DNA of 64,000 bases, taken from positions 1,426,001-1,490,000 of the forward strand of contig OZ218960.1 in assembly GCA_965112735.1 (NCBI GenBank), given 5' to 3'. A model generated the notes under the pieces. The model had not been told where the DNA came from and did no database searches. It saw only the letters and a program-made list of their open reading frames with translations. This document shows, in pieces, positions 43,463-64,000 of the stretch (positions are counted from its first letter, which is position 1; every line of letters begins with the position of its first letter). The stretch comes from Phaeosaccion multiseriatum. Lineage: Eukaryota > Protista > Ochrophyta, other classes. The translations under genes and the position numbers were made by a program.

Positions 43463-44122
43463 AAGACGCGTCAAGCCTGACTTTCGGAAGGCTTGAGGCT
43501 TAAGGCCAATCACCGACTGCGTGGCGGAGGAAACGCGTTGCCATCAACTCAAGTCATGAGAGCGCAAACCAGTGAAACAGTGGCATGTCCACAGATGGCA
43601 GCGGATGCATACAGGCCCCTGCTTTCGGAGTGGAGACACTGGTGCTGCAGTGGTGCTAAGGACTGCCCGCCGAAGGAGGAGGAACGCCGCCGCTCAGCAG
43701 GAGGTCGCTACTGCTGTATCACCAACTTGTGCTGGGGCTGGTCCTGGTGGTGGTGCGACTGCTGCTGCTGCTGCCACCATCAAATGGGAAGGCCAGCGAG
43801 CGTATGGACAGAGGACGAGAGAGAGAGAGAGAGACAGAGCTTCGACCTCACAGCCGCCTCCGTGAGCCATGAATGACCAATGGCTGAAGACCAATAGCGA
43901 TCTCCGCGAGCCCTCAATGCTCAACGGTTGTGGGTGCGTGCGTGCGTGCGACATGCATCACACGGACGTCACCACGCCACTGGTGCCCTGCCCAGTGCCC
44001 TACTGCACCAGCACGCACACACACACACACATACCCGCGCATCAAGCACATCTGACGGGACACAAAGAGTCTATTATCGTTCGCTTGAGGCCCCTCCAAA
44101 GTTGAACCCTCCTCCCTCTCTC

Positions 44123-44165
<43 letters not shown>

Positions 44166-44405
44166 GTGGTGGTGGTTTTCGTCGTGGTGGTGGTGGTGGT
44201 GGTGATGATGATGATGGTGGTGGTTGTGTGGTGCTCGTGGTGGTGGTGGTGATGATGGGGCGGCTGCACCTGCCGCACCCGCACCCACATGATTGAGCTC
44301 ACTCTCTTTCATCAACTCACACAGTGAATAAATCATCTTTGGTCACTCACTCTATAGTGTACAGTCACAGCAGATGGCAGTGAATAATCACTCTATAGTG
44401 TACAG

Positions 44406-55144
<10,739 letters not shown>

Positions 55145-55262
55145 TGTGTGTGTGGGAGCAGTCCATGTGGAGGCGGGAAGGATGGCACTGGAAGGCCCCT
55201 TCTCCCCTCTCGCCTCCGATTGTGATCTCCCTCCTTCTCCTCATCCTTTGTTCTTGGACACC

Positions 55263-55858
55263 ATGGCTGGGCAGCCGCAGGGAAAGAAAGAGGCCACTAT
55301 CGACTGCATGGAGGTTCTTGACATGCTCTGGCTGTGCGTAAGTAAGTGCGAAGGCCGAGGCGGTGGAGTGGAGGGGAAGAGAGAGGGAGAGGGGGGGAGG
55401 TCGACAGAGGATGGATTCTTGCTCTCTCCTTCCTCTTCCATGTCTATACACTACTGATTACGCTATCCTTCTCCTCCGTGACCCTTCCCATACTCTGGAT
55501 GATCATGTACGCTAGTTCCGGGCAGCCAGATCCGGAATTACTACAGGAACGGGATTCACGACGACTGCGGCCGATACTCTAGCGACCTGTACAGCTGCCT
55601 CCAGGCCAAGCTCTCCCCGGACCAAGAGAAGATCAAGGTGAGAGAGAAGCACACCGCAGCTTCCAGAGAGGAGAGAGACGAACGGGGATACTTTATCGTG
55701 ACCCCTCCCCTCCCTCTTCTTCTCTTCCCCTTCCACCTTCTTTTTTCTTCTACTCTGCGCAGGCTACGGATGCTGCCCTGTCCTTCAAGCACATTGTAAG
55801 CAAGGAAGGCTCGCCCACGAAAGACATGTGGGAGTTTAAGGATAAGCCTTCGTGGTAA
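55263..55858 (+). CDS. Emi1/DUF3128-like small twin-CX9C protein (putative mitochondrial intermembrane space)
   Basis: Three exons: DCMEVLDMLWLC-VIPGSQIRNYYRNG..DCGRYSSDLYSC-LQAK...SPTKDMWEFK..W*. Two CX9C motifs plus Q.RNYYR.G and a C-terminal WE motif. Confidence 0.75.
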
Positions 55859-57107
55859 CAAGTGCCCAGATCTCGCCTCCCCTGGGCGGGCAGGGTCGCA
55901 GCTCTATTCTTCAACTTCTGTGTGGCTCCTCCTCCTCCTCCCAGTGCACCCACTGAGTGTCTTTGTGCCGACTGAGCTGCTGGGTGACATGCGACAGCCC
56001 ACGGAATGATGGGATGGAGGTCGCGAGCCCACTCTCACACGCAGCACGGCGAGGAGAAGCGTGGGCGCGAAGGGGAAGAGGAAGGGAAAAGGGAAAGGTG
56101 ATGGCTCCCAAGCAGTGACACATTGGTTGGATGCGGAACCTGCTGCCGTCCGTACGCCCCCCCCAAACCCCCAGTGCTGGGGGTGAAGTGGGTAGGAGGC
56201 AGCGTAGTGTGGGGCGAGGGCGCCGCTGGAGAAGCGTCGAAGGACAGTCCCACCCCACAGCTTGAAAGCCTACGGCTCCCGACAACACAGAGTGTCGGGT
56301 TTTCAGCGTTTTCAGGCAGGTGTGAAAGGCAAGGCTCCATTTCACAAGCTCTCCCACTCGACCTCGCCAGGACCCGCAGCCCGCCGTGAGGAGCTCTGCA
56401 ATGGACAGGTGATGAGGTGCGACGGACAGAGGAAAAGGGTAGTGAGCGCCAGAGGACGTTTCAGCGTTTCAGCCGTTTCATTTCAGCGTTTCTGCAGACG
56501 CGTTTTCGTCGACCTTGTTCGTGGCAGGGGATGGGGAAGTATGGGGGGGGGGGAGACGCTGGGGGTGATGCCGGGGGCTTGCACTAGTGCACAGGGTGGG
56601 TACATGCATGCAAGTGTGGAGTGTGTGGGGTGAGGGAGGGGTATCTGACGACGGGGGCGGAGGGAGACTTGACTTGGGACAACGCTTGTTGTTGAAAGAG
56701 CTTGGTATTGTGTGGGGGGTTTGCTCGTCTCTAGCCACTGATGAGTGATGGATGGGTGATCCTCTCTGCTCTGAAGCTCGTTTGCTCTTCAAACAAGAGC
56801 AAGGGAAAGGCCGAGGGGACGGATGGAACAAGTACCTTCCTCCCCCCCCGTTTTGGCCTCTCTTGTTATGCGTCAGTGGGCTCGCTCGTTGGCTCGCTCC
56901 CAGGCTGTAACAATTGAGGAAATAGCAACCCTAAAACGATTCATAACTTTGAAAGCAAAAGACCGGTTGCACACCGAGAGGAACCACCACAAACTCCCCC
57001 CCCCCCCCAGATGCTTGAGCTTCCTTTCACAGCTGCGATCCAACTTCGCAGCCTTCACACTCAGTTCACAGTTACAGCTTAACCCAAGCCAGCAACACAA
57101 ATCATAA

Positions 57108-60100
57108 TCAGAGTTCCAGTTTGTCCAGCTCCTCTTTGAGTGCATCCAAACCCGCCACCTTGGCCTTCTGATCAGCGTCCAGCTCCACCGTCCCCTGCTG
57201 CTGCTTCTCCACCAATTGCTCAATGGCTCTGATCTTCTTGGTCAATTGCTTCTTGCGCTTTACAGGGTCCACTGGCTCGGGCGGAGGAGGGGGTGCCGCT
57301 GCTGCCGCCGCCGCTTCAGCTGCCTCCCTCTCCTTGCGCTCCGCCTCCGCCTTCTTGCGAGCCGCTTTTCGTTTGGCGTTGGCGGATTGAGGAGGGGGGA
57401 CACCCTCACCACCAGCCGCCCCCAAACCTGCTGCCCCAGCTCCTCGTGTCAGCTTCTTGGCCTTTGTATCACCCTCTCTCTCCGCTCGCATACGTGCCGC
57501 CATACCTCCTGTCGAGCCCGGGGGCTTGTACAGGCCTGTCTTCTTTGTCACCAACGGGGTCGGCTTCATTTCTCCTCCTCCTCCTCCTCCTCCCACCCCA
57601 CCTCCTGCTCCTCCTGCCTTGTCCCGGGCAAGCAGCCCCGCAGCCGGCTTGCCCGTGCCCCGTCCTGGACTGACAGGCCGGTCCGGAAACACTGTTGGCA
57701 ATGCCGGCTGCCATCGAGCCTCGAACAGCTGACCAATCTCCTCACTCGCCACAGGGCCCAGCCCGTCATAGCCAAAGACCTGATAGCAATTGTCCACATT
57801 CATCCTCGGGGCACAGGTTGCCGTCATAAAGTAACGGCTGTCTGGGCTCCACCCATACGTCACTGCACAATGGGCCTCTGTGGTACCCATTTTCTTGCAT
57901 TTGTTGACTTCCCAAAAGTCCATCCCTCCTGCCAAGTTGCCAAAGCCCGCGATGATGAGAAACCTGCCACCAGGACGACGACAGTAAGACGACATCCGAA
58001 CGACATCCGAACGACACGTCATCAGCATGGTATATCGATACAATCGACACCAAAGGGCGGGGCGACGGGCGTTGGAGCAATACTCTGGGTGGGGTGCAAA
58101 CAACTGCTGACATGCCATCAAGAACACACCATCTCCCCTCCCATTCACTGCCATCCACTGCCATCAAAAATCTCCACGACCGTCCTGTGCCGTTCCGTGC
58201 CTGCCATTCCGTCTCTCCACTCCTCCTCCCTCGTTCCCTTCCCCTCCCCTCCCTCTCCCTCTCCCCTTTCCCTCCGGTCCACACTCCCTCCCACCCCCCT
58301 CCCATCCACACCACCCTCTCCTCCTCTCCTGCCCTACTCCCCACCCACCTCTGATCCCTCCCAACCCACCCACCCACCTCTGATCCCTCTTCCACCCACC
58401 CACCCACCCACTCACCTCCCATGCGGACTCCAACATAGAGTGTTCCTCGATGCCTGGCCAAACTGGAACACCGCTTCTCCGTGCGCGTTGTATAGGTTAG
58501 TCTGGGCAGGCATGGTGCCTGCTGTCACGGCGAAGCGAGCGCTGCTGCCCGCAGGTGCCCACTGCACGTCGTGGATGGTGCCCTGTGAAGGTGTGGGTGT
58601 GTGGATGAGATTATAGAGGTGGGGATGGTAAAGACATATACACACATAAGACGCACACACATGGACACAGATAGACACACACGTACACACAACACGCGCA
58701 CACATACGCACACACACGGAAAGACAAAACGCACACGCACCCCTCAGCGGTGCCTTCCTTTCCCCCGCACCCCTCTTCCCTCTTACTTCTTCACAAGTAC
58801 ATACTCCTTCACACCCCTCTTCCCTCTTACTTCTTCACAAGTACATACTCCTTCACACCCCTCTTCCCTCTTACTTCTTTGGGCGGCGTAACTGAAGCGC
58901 TGTACTCTCCGCTGGCGTGCATAAGAAACAATCCCTGGAACAAGGCCAAGTGAAACGGGTCAAGCAAGACCAAGTGACACGGGTCAAGCAAGGCCAAGTG
59001 AAACGGGTCAAGCAAGACCAAGTGACACGGGTCAAGCAAGACCAAGTGAAACTGGAGCATGCATGTACGTATGTACGTATGTATGTATGCATGCACGTAT
59101 GTATGTATGTATGTATGTATGTATGTATGTATGTACGTACGTATGTATGTATGTATGTATGTATGTATGTATGTATGTATGTATGTATGTATGTATGCAT
59201 GTACGTATGAATGTTTATCGCATGCATAAAAGAAAATACAAAAGAACAAGAGTCTTCTTCCTTACCGTAGCCCCGTAGTAAGAAGTCCCTGTGGCATCGA
59301 CAACAGTGGAGGTGAGCGCGAGAACCGCCTTGCCCGTCGGGGCCCACCGAAAGATGCAGTCCTCAGCTCGGAAGGTACTCTTAGAGTCCAAAGGTCCGTC
59401 CTGGAGGGGGTAGCTGTAGAGGCTTAAGCGGCCCGGTTTGCCTTTTAGCTCGGGCACAAAAGCCGCCACTCGGTACGGAGCAGGGCCTGTGTAGATGTGT
59501 ACGCAGAGCACAGACAGACAGGCCCCCGACACATCAGTGGGTGGGTGAGTGGGTGGGTGGGTGAGCGGAGGTGTATGGGTATGTGGTGGGAGGTGGGGTG
59601 GGTGGTGGGTAGTATGTGGACAAGAAGGGGGGGAGGAGAGGGGAGGGAGGGAGGGAGGGAAGAAGGAAGGAAGGAAGGAAGGGAGGGGGGTGGAATTTGA
59701 AGCATATGGGGAACGGAGGGAGAGTGAGAGTGTGCGCTTGCTTACCTGGAGATACACTGATGCATCCCAGCTTGGGGATGGCGATGCGGTCAACAATACC
59801 CCCTTCAATGCGCTCTCCTTCGTAGATCTGCTCACAGGCCACGACGACCCAGGCGCGTTGGCGGTAGGGAAAGAGGGGATACACAAGAGGGTGGGTGGGT
59901 GGGTGGGTGGGAGGGGGGTGGGGTCAAGGAAAGAAGGTTCGAGTAAACGAATGAATGCATTGGAGCGAAGGAGAAGAGAGACGGGAAGAAGAGCAGAAAA
60001 GTATGCAGTACATCCCCTCTCTCCCTCCCCCCCTCCCTCCTTTCTCTCCTTCCCTCCCTCCCTCCCTCCGTCGCACCTGAATCTCATTGGGCATGCCCCT

Positions 60101-61003
60101 CATGGCAACCGCCTGGTCCTGGCTCCACTGCAGCGTAGGCCAGCTGCCCTTCTCAAAGTTCTTTTGGTGTGTCCGCAGCACCTCCTCCCCTGTGCTTACA
60201 TTCCAGACCACCAGATTTCCCTCCAGCCTCTCTCCTCCCTCCCCTCCTCCTCCTCCTCCTGCCGCTGCTGTGGGCTTCATGGCGTTTTGCCATGTGAGAA
60301 GGTAGGTGCCGAGGGGGCTAAAGTGCAGCGCCTTCACCATGGGAAGGGCCTTGCCAGAGCTGACGCTGTTTCACAAAGAGGGGTTGGTAGTGGTGGTGGT
60401 GATGCTTAGTGGTGGTGGTGGTGGTGGTGCCAAGGAAGAAAAGGAAGCCACCTATGGACTCATTGGAGGAGATGGATCGTACTCGAGGGACCACGCCACC
60501 ACCCGTAGTGGGCCGGCAGTGTAGCAATTTGGCTCCCTCCCTTCTCTCCCCCCCTGCCTTCCTGCCGTAATATCGGCGCTGCAGCTCAACGCAACTCACC
60601 TATTAGGAAAGCAGATGTTCAATTCGCACTTGACTTGTCTGTCCTCCAAGTCGACGATCTTTATTGCACCAGGCACCCCGCACGCTAGCAAACGTCCGTC
60701 CCTGTTTCGTCGGCCAGCGGTCCATCACACACACAGAGAGAGGGACAGAGAGAAAGAGAGAGAAGCGAGAGGGAGAGAGAGAAGGAGAGAGAGAAGAGAG
60801 AGAGAGAAAGGAAGCGAGAGACAGAGGGGGAGAAAGAGGGAGTGAGAGGCAGAATGAGACAGAGGAAGCGAGAGACAGAAGCGAGGGCGGGCGACAGAGA
60901 AGGAGAAGAGAGAGAGAGAGAAAGGAAGCGAGAAAGAGATGGGGGGAGAGAGGGAGAGAGAGACGGGGGGGGAGAGGGAGAGAGAGACCGAGAGAGGGAG
61001 AGG

Positions 61004-61082
<79 letters not shown>

Positions 61083-61414
61083 GCTGTAGATCCAGTAGGG
61101 CAGGGATGAGGGTAAGAGGGGCAACAAGGCCGCCCCCCCTTTTTGCACAGGACTTTTCACCCTTGTTGTTCTCCACTTCCCAACACTTACGCGCTCCACT
61201 CCACAACTTCCGAGTTGATATCAGGAAAGCCGTCGTCAACAACTAACGGTCCACGGACCCACCCACATGCTCCCCCTCCTTCTCCCGCTTCCTCTTGCTT
61301 CTCTTTCTGCCAGCGGTGCAGAGACGATGGCAGACCAGAGAGGAGACGTAGCTGGCCCTCCTTCTCTCGAAGGAGGAGCCGAGTTTTGGTCTCCTGAGGA
61401 GCTGCCGCAGCCAT
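57108..61414 (-). CDS. EIF2A: Eukaryotic translation initiation factor 2A
   Basis: Exons give FSPLGTYLLTW, WPTLQWS, VAAFVPE.KG.P, DATGTSYYG, EGTIHDVQW.P, G.MPA, RNTL.WSPHGRFLIIAGFGNLAG, WSPDSRYF.TAT.APRMNVDN and a C-terminal KK...KKIRAIEQL...Q.AK coiled coil. Confidence 0.95.
58770..59052. repeat. Two intronic tandem arrays flanking a small eIF2A exon (44-bp x ~2.5 and 24-bp x ~4.5)
   Basis: CCCCTCTTCCCTCTTACTTCTTCACAAGTACATACTCCTTCACA repeats at 58770-58880 and CAAGRCCAAGTGAMACGGGTCAAG repeats at 58941-59052. Confidence 0.85.
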
Positions 61415-61603
61415 GGTGGCGTGCAGAGTCACTCGCGAATCCCCCCCTTCCCTTCTTCTCTTCTCTCTGGATTGTTTGGGGCGCAAAACGTGTTTGGGAT
61501 GGATGGGCGGCGAATGGCGATCCTCATTTCAGTTTAAAGTCGATGTCTAATCGAGATCGATATCGATTTTATCTAGATGGTCTTTTCCTGTGTTGGTTGC
61601 CCT

Positions 61604-61680
61604 CTATACCCGGAGGGGGTGCTCCTTCAGAACCCCAGACACGAAGCGATGAAGGATATACCCGGTCAGGCCCTGATAAT

Positions 61681-61713
<33 letters not shown>

Positions 61714-62564
61714 GAGGAGGAGGAGGAGGAGGAGGAGGAGGAGGAGGAGGAGGAGGAGGAGGAGGAGGAGGAGGGGGAGGGGGGTAAAACACAGACGAGA
61801 GGACGTTGGTCAGAACACGGACGTGCAGTCCAATGGCCCGGGGGGGTGAAGGGGCTGCTGCTCCAAGGACAGACAGAGAGGACAGACAGGACAACACGTA
61901 AGAGAGTATGCGACCCTCGAGGAGAGTTGAGTGAATGCCTATTCTACCCCCAGCCCCAACCCCAAGCAGTGAAGATGGCAGCAGATGGCAGCAGATGGCA
62001 GCAGATGGCTGATAGGAGGTCGTTCCACGCGCATGTAGAAGCAGAAAAAGGGCAAGCAATCAGCCCCTCCGCCCCCATGTCTCCTCAGTCCCCAGGGGTA
62101 TGGGGCGAGGTACAAGTAGAGAATAGTACGTAAGTAGTACGTAAGTAGTACGTACCCAAATGATGTAGGGCCCGCCCGTAAAGGCAGGAGCCTGCATGTG
62201 TGAGCAGGTGCGTGGGTGCGTGTGTGAGCAGGTGCGTGGGTGTGCGCGGAGGGGAGAGTCTGACTGAGCTCAACCCTTCTCATCGGAAGCGCCAGATAGG
62301 TAGCCCATTCCCTCCCTCCCTCCCTCCCTCCCTCACCTTGTTCGGCTCAAGCACCCAGTACTGGCTGTCAAGCAGGGCCTTGATAGGCACGGAGAAGCAA
62401 TGTGACACCTCATCTGGGTTGGGCCTCAGCTCCACCCCCGACAGCTGCCCAATGAATCCCACCACCGGCGTAACGGCCACACCCACGATGGAGGCTACCT
62501 CGGACCAGTCGCAGCGGAGCACGCCCAGCACTGTTCCACGACCGTTCCGACCACCCCAGCGCGT

Positions 62565-62624
<60 letters not shown>

Positions 62625-63774
62625 GTTGGAGGAGCAGAAAGGCATGAGGAACGGGAAGGGGTGATTGATCGTCGGGTGTAAGAGTCCAGCGCAAGCCGCC
62701 TGTCAATCAATTCAAGCATGTCGCCCCAGACTGTCCCGCCTAGAGGTCACAGCCCTCGGTCAAGTACAATCCCACGCACAATCCAAAGCCCCCCCGCCCC
62801 CCTTCTAGTAGCAAAAGCTCAATAGGCCTCCTTTGGCCTCGACCCTAGCCCTCGGTCCCTCCCCTCTCCAACGCGGCCTGCTCCCTCCCGTCCTCCCTCC
62901 CCTCCTCCGTCCACTCCTCCCTCCCCTCCTCCCAGCTTGCCGACCCTCAGCAACTCAGCCCCTCTCCTGTGCATCCTCCTCCCTCCCTCCCTCCCTCCCA
63001 TCGTCTCTCTCTCACCCCATCCACTGCCATCCTCCGCTCAACCAGCGGTCTCTCTTTCTGACCCTATCCACTGCCATCCTCCTCCCTTTGCCCCCCACAC
63101 ACACCCACGCACCATCAACCTTGGTCTGAAGGCCCACCTCTTCGGTGAGCTCTCTCATTGCCGTGTTGACGATGTGACGGTCGATTCCAAAGTCCACCTT
63201 CCCACCCGGAAAGCACACCTGCACAAGAGTAGAATTTGGATATCAAATATTTGCAAAGCACAGCAAAGAACAAGGAAAGCAGACAAGGCGTCGGAGAGCG
63301 AAGCAAAGGCTCTGCTCTTTTACTGCTTCGTAGTACGATAGGGAGAGGATAGGGAGGTGTGTTTGTTGATGTGCGTGGATAGGGAGGGAGGGTTTGTTGA
63401 TGTGCGCGTGTACCTCATTCCTGTGCGCTCGAAGGTCGTCGGACCGCAGTGTAAACAGAATGCTCGCCACGCCGTCGACGTTGCACAGGGGAACCATCAC
63501 AGAGGCTCTGGAGACAAGAGCGGCAAGGCAGAGAGAGAGAGAGAGGAGGAGGAGGAGGAGTAGGAAGAAAAGGGGAGAGAGTAAGAGAGAGACAGGGAGG
63601 GAGGGAGAGACAAAGGGAGGGGGTGGGGGAGACAGAGTATGTTACCCCCCTCCCCCCCCTTACCGATGCTCAGTGTTCCTAGCGATGTGCCTTGGCATAC
63701 GCTGAAGCTTCTTCTTGAGAGTGTCCATGTGGGGTCCCTTGAAGCCCTGCGTGAGGTCCATCAAGTTCTCCACC
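61604..63774 (-). CDS. Nudix hydrolase, CoA-pyrophosphatase (NUDT7/NUDT8-like); 5' end beyond window
   Basis: Exons: ASVMVPL...ILFTLRS..LRAHRNE|VCFPGGKVD...TAMRELTEEVG (UPF0035 motif + Nudix box), VTPVVG, PNPDEV..F.VP and FTGGPYIIW|GLTGYIL. Confidence 0.9.
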
Positions 63775-63894
63775 TGTGGAAGTGAGATGGCAGTGGACGG
63801 GGGCGGGGGTAAGAGGGGGTGATGCCATCACTCCACTGAGCGAGTGCGATGATGATGATGATGATTGAGATTGTCCCACTTGCCACTTCAGAAG

Positions 63895-63933
<39 letters not shown>

Positions 63934-63934
63934 T

Positions 63935-63983
<49 letters not shown>

Positions 63984-64000
63984 CCATCATCATCATCATC
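63895..64000. repeat. (CAT)n microsatellite in Nudix intron
   Basis: Visible directly. Confidence 0.95.

Noticed and set aside
56730-56805. CTGATGA...CTGA plus small hairpin as a snoRNA or hammerhead ribozyme
   Set aside because: Terminal stems and the remaining conserved core could not be built; an Infernal/Rfam scan would be needed.

Overview
Eukaryotic nuclear DNA, not prokaryotic. It contains spliceosomal introns of roughly 120-850 nt packed with microsatellites, and exons rich in Glu/Gly/Ser/Gln runs. Gene content and style suggest a flagellated alga or protist, probably a stramenopile (inference). About 15 spliced genes were reconstructed by hand: the 3' part of a ubiquitin-specific protease, a CEP19-like coiled-coil protein, a membrane-anchored arylsulfatase, an alpha/beta hydrolase, PheRS alpha, an MFSD5/MOT2-like transporter, a small orphan gene, an RP2/TBCC protein with a long tail, a peroxisomal glycolate oxidase (ends SKL), an SDR, a PAQR receptor, an Emi1-like twin-CX9C protein, eIF2A and a Nudix CoA-pyrophosphatase. 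An accessory patch at 8.8-12.7 kb holds two decaying ankyrin paralogues, a MITE-like element and a CRE-like retrotransposon remnant. The standout is a ~21-exon minus-strand gene (55144 to 44406, ~1800 aa). In it, the complete N-terminal aminopeptidase-like domain of the FACT histone chaperone SPT16 runs in frame, inside one exon, through an acidic linker into an apparently intact aspartate kinase. Two ACT domains and a catalytically degenerate homoserine dehydrogenase domain follow. All calls come from manual translation and motif recognition; no database searches were run.
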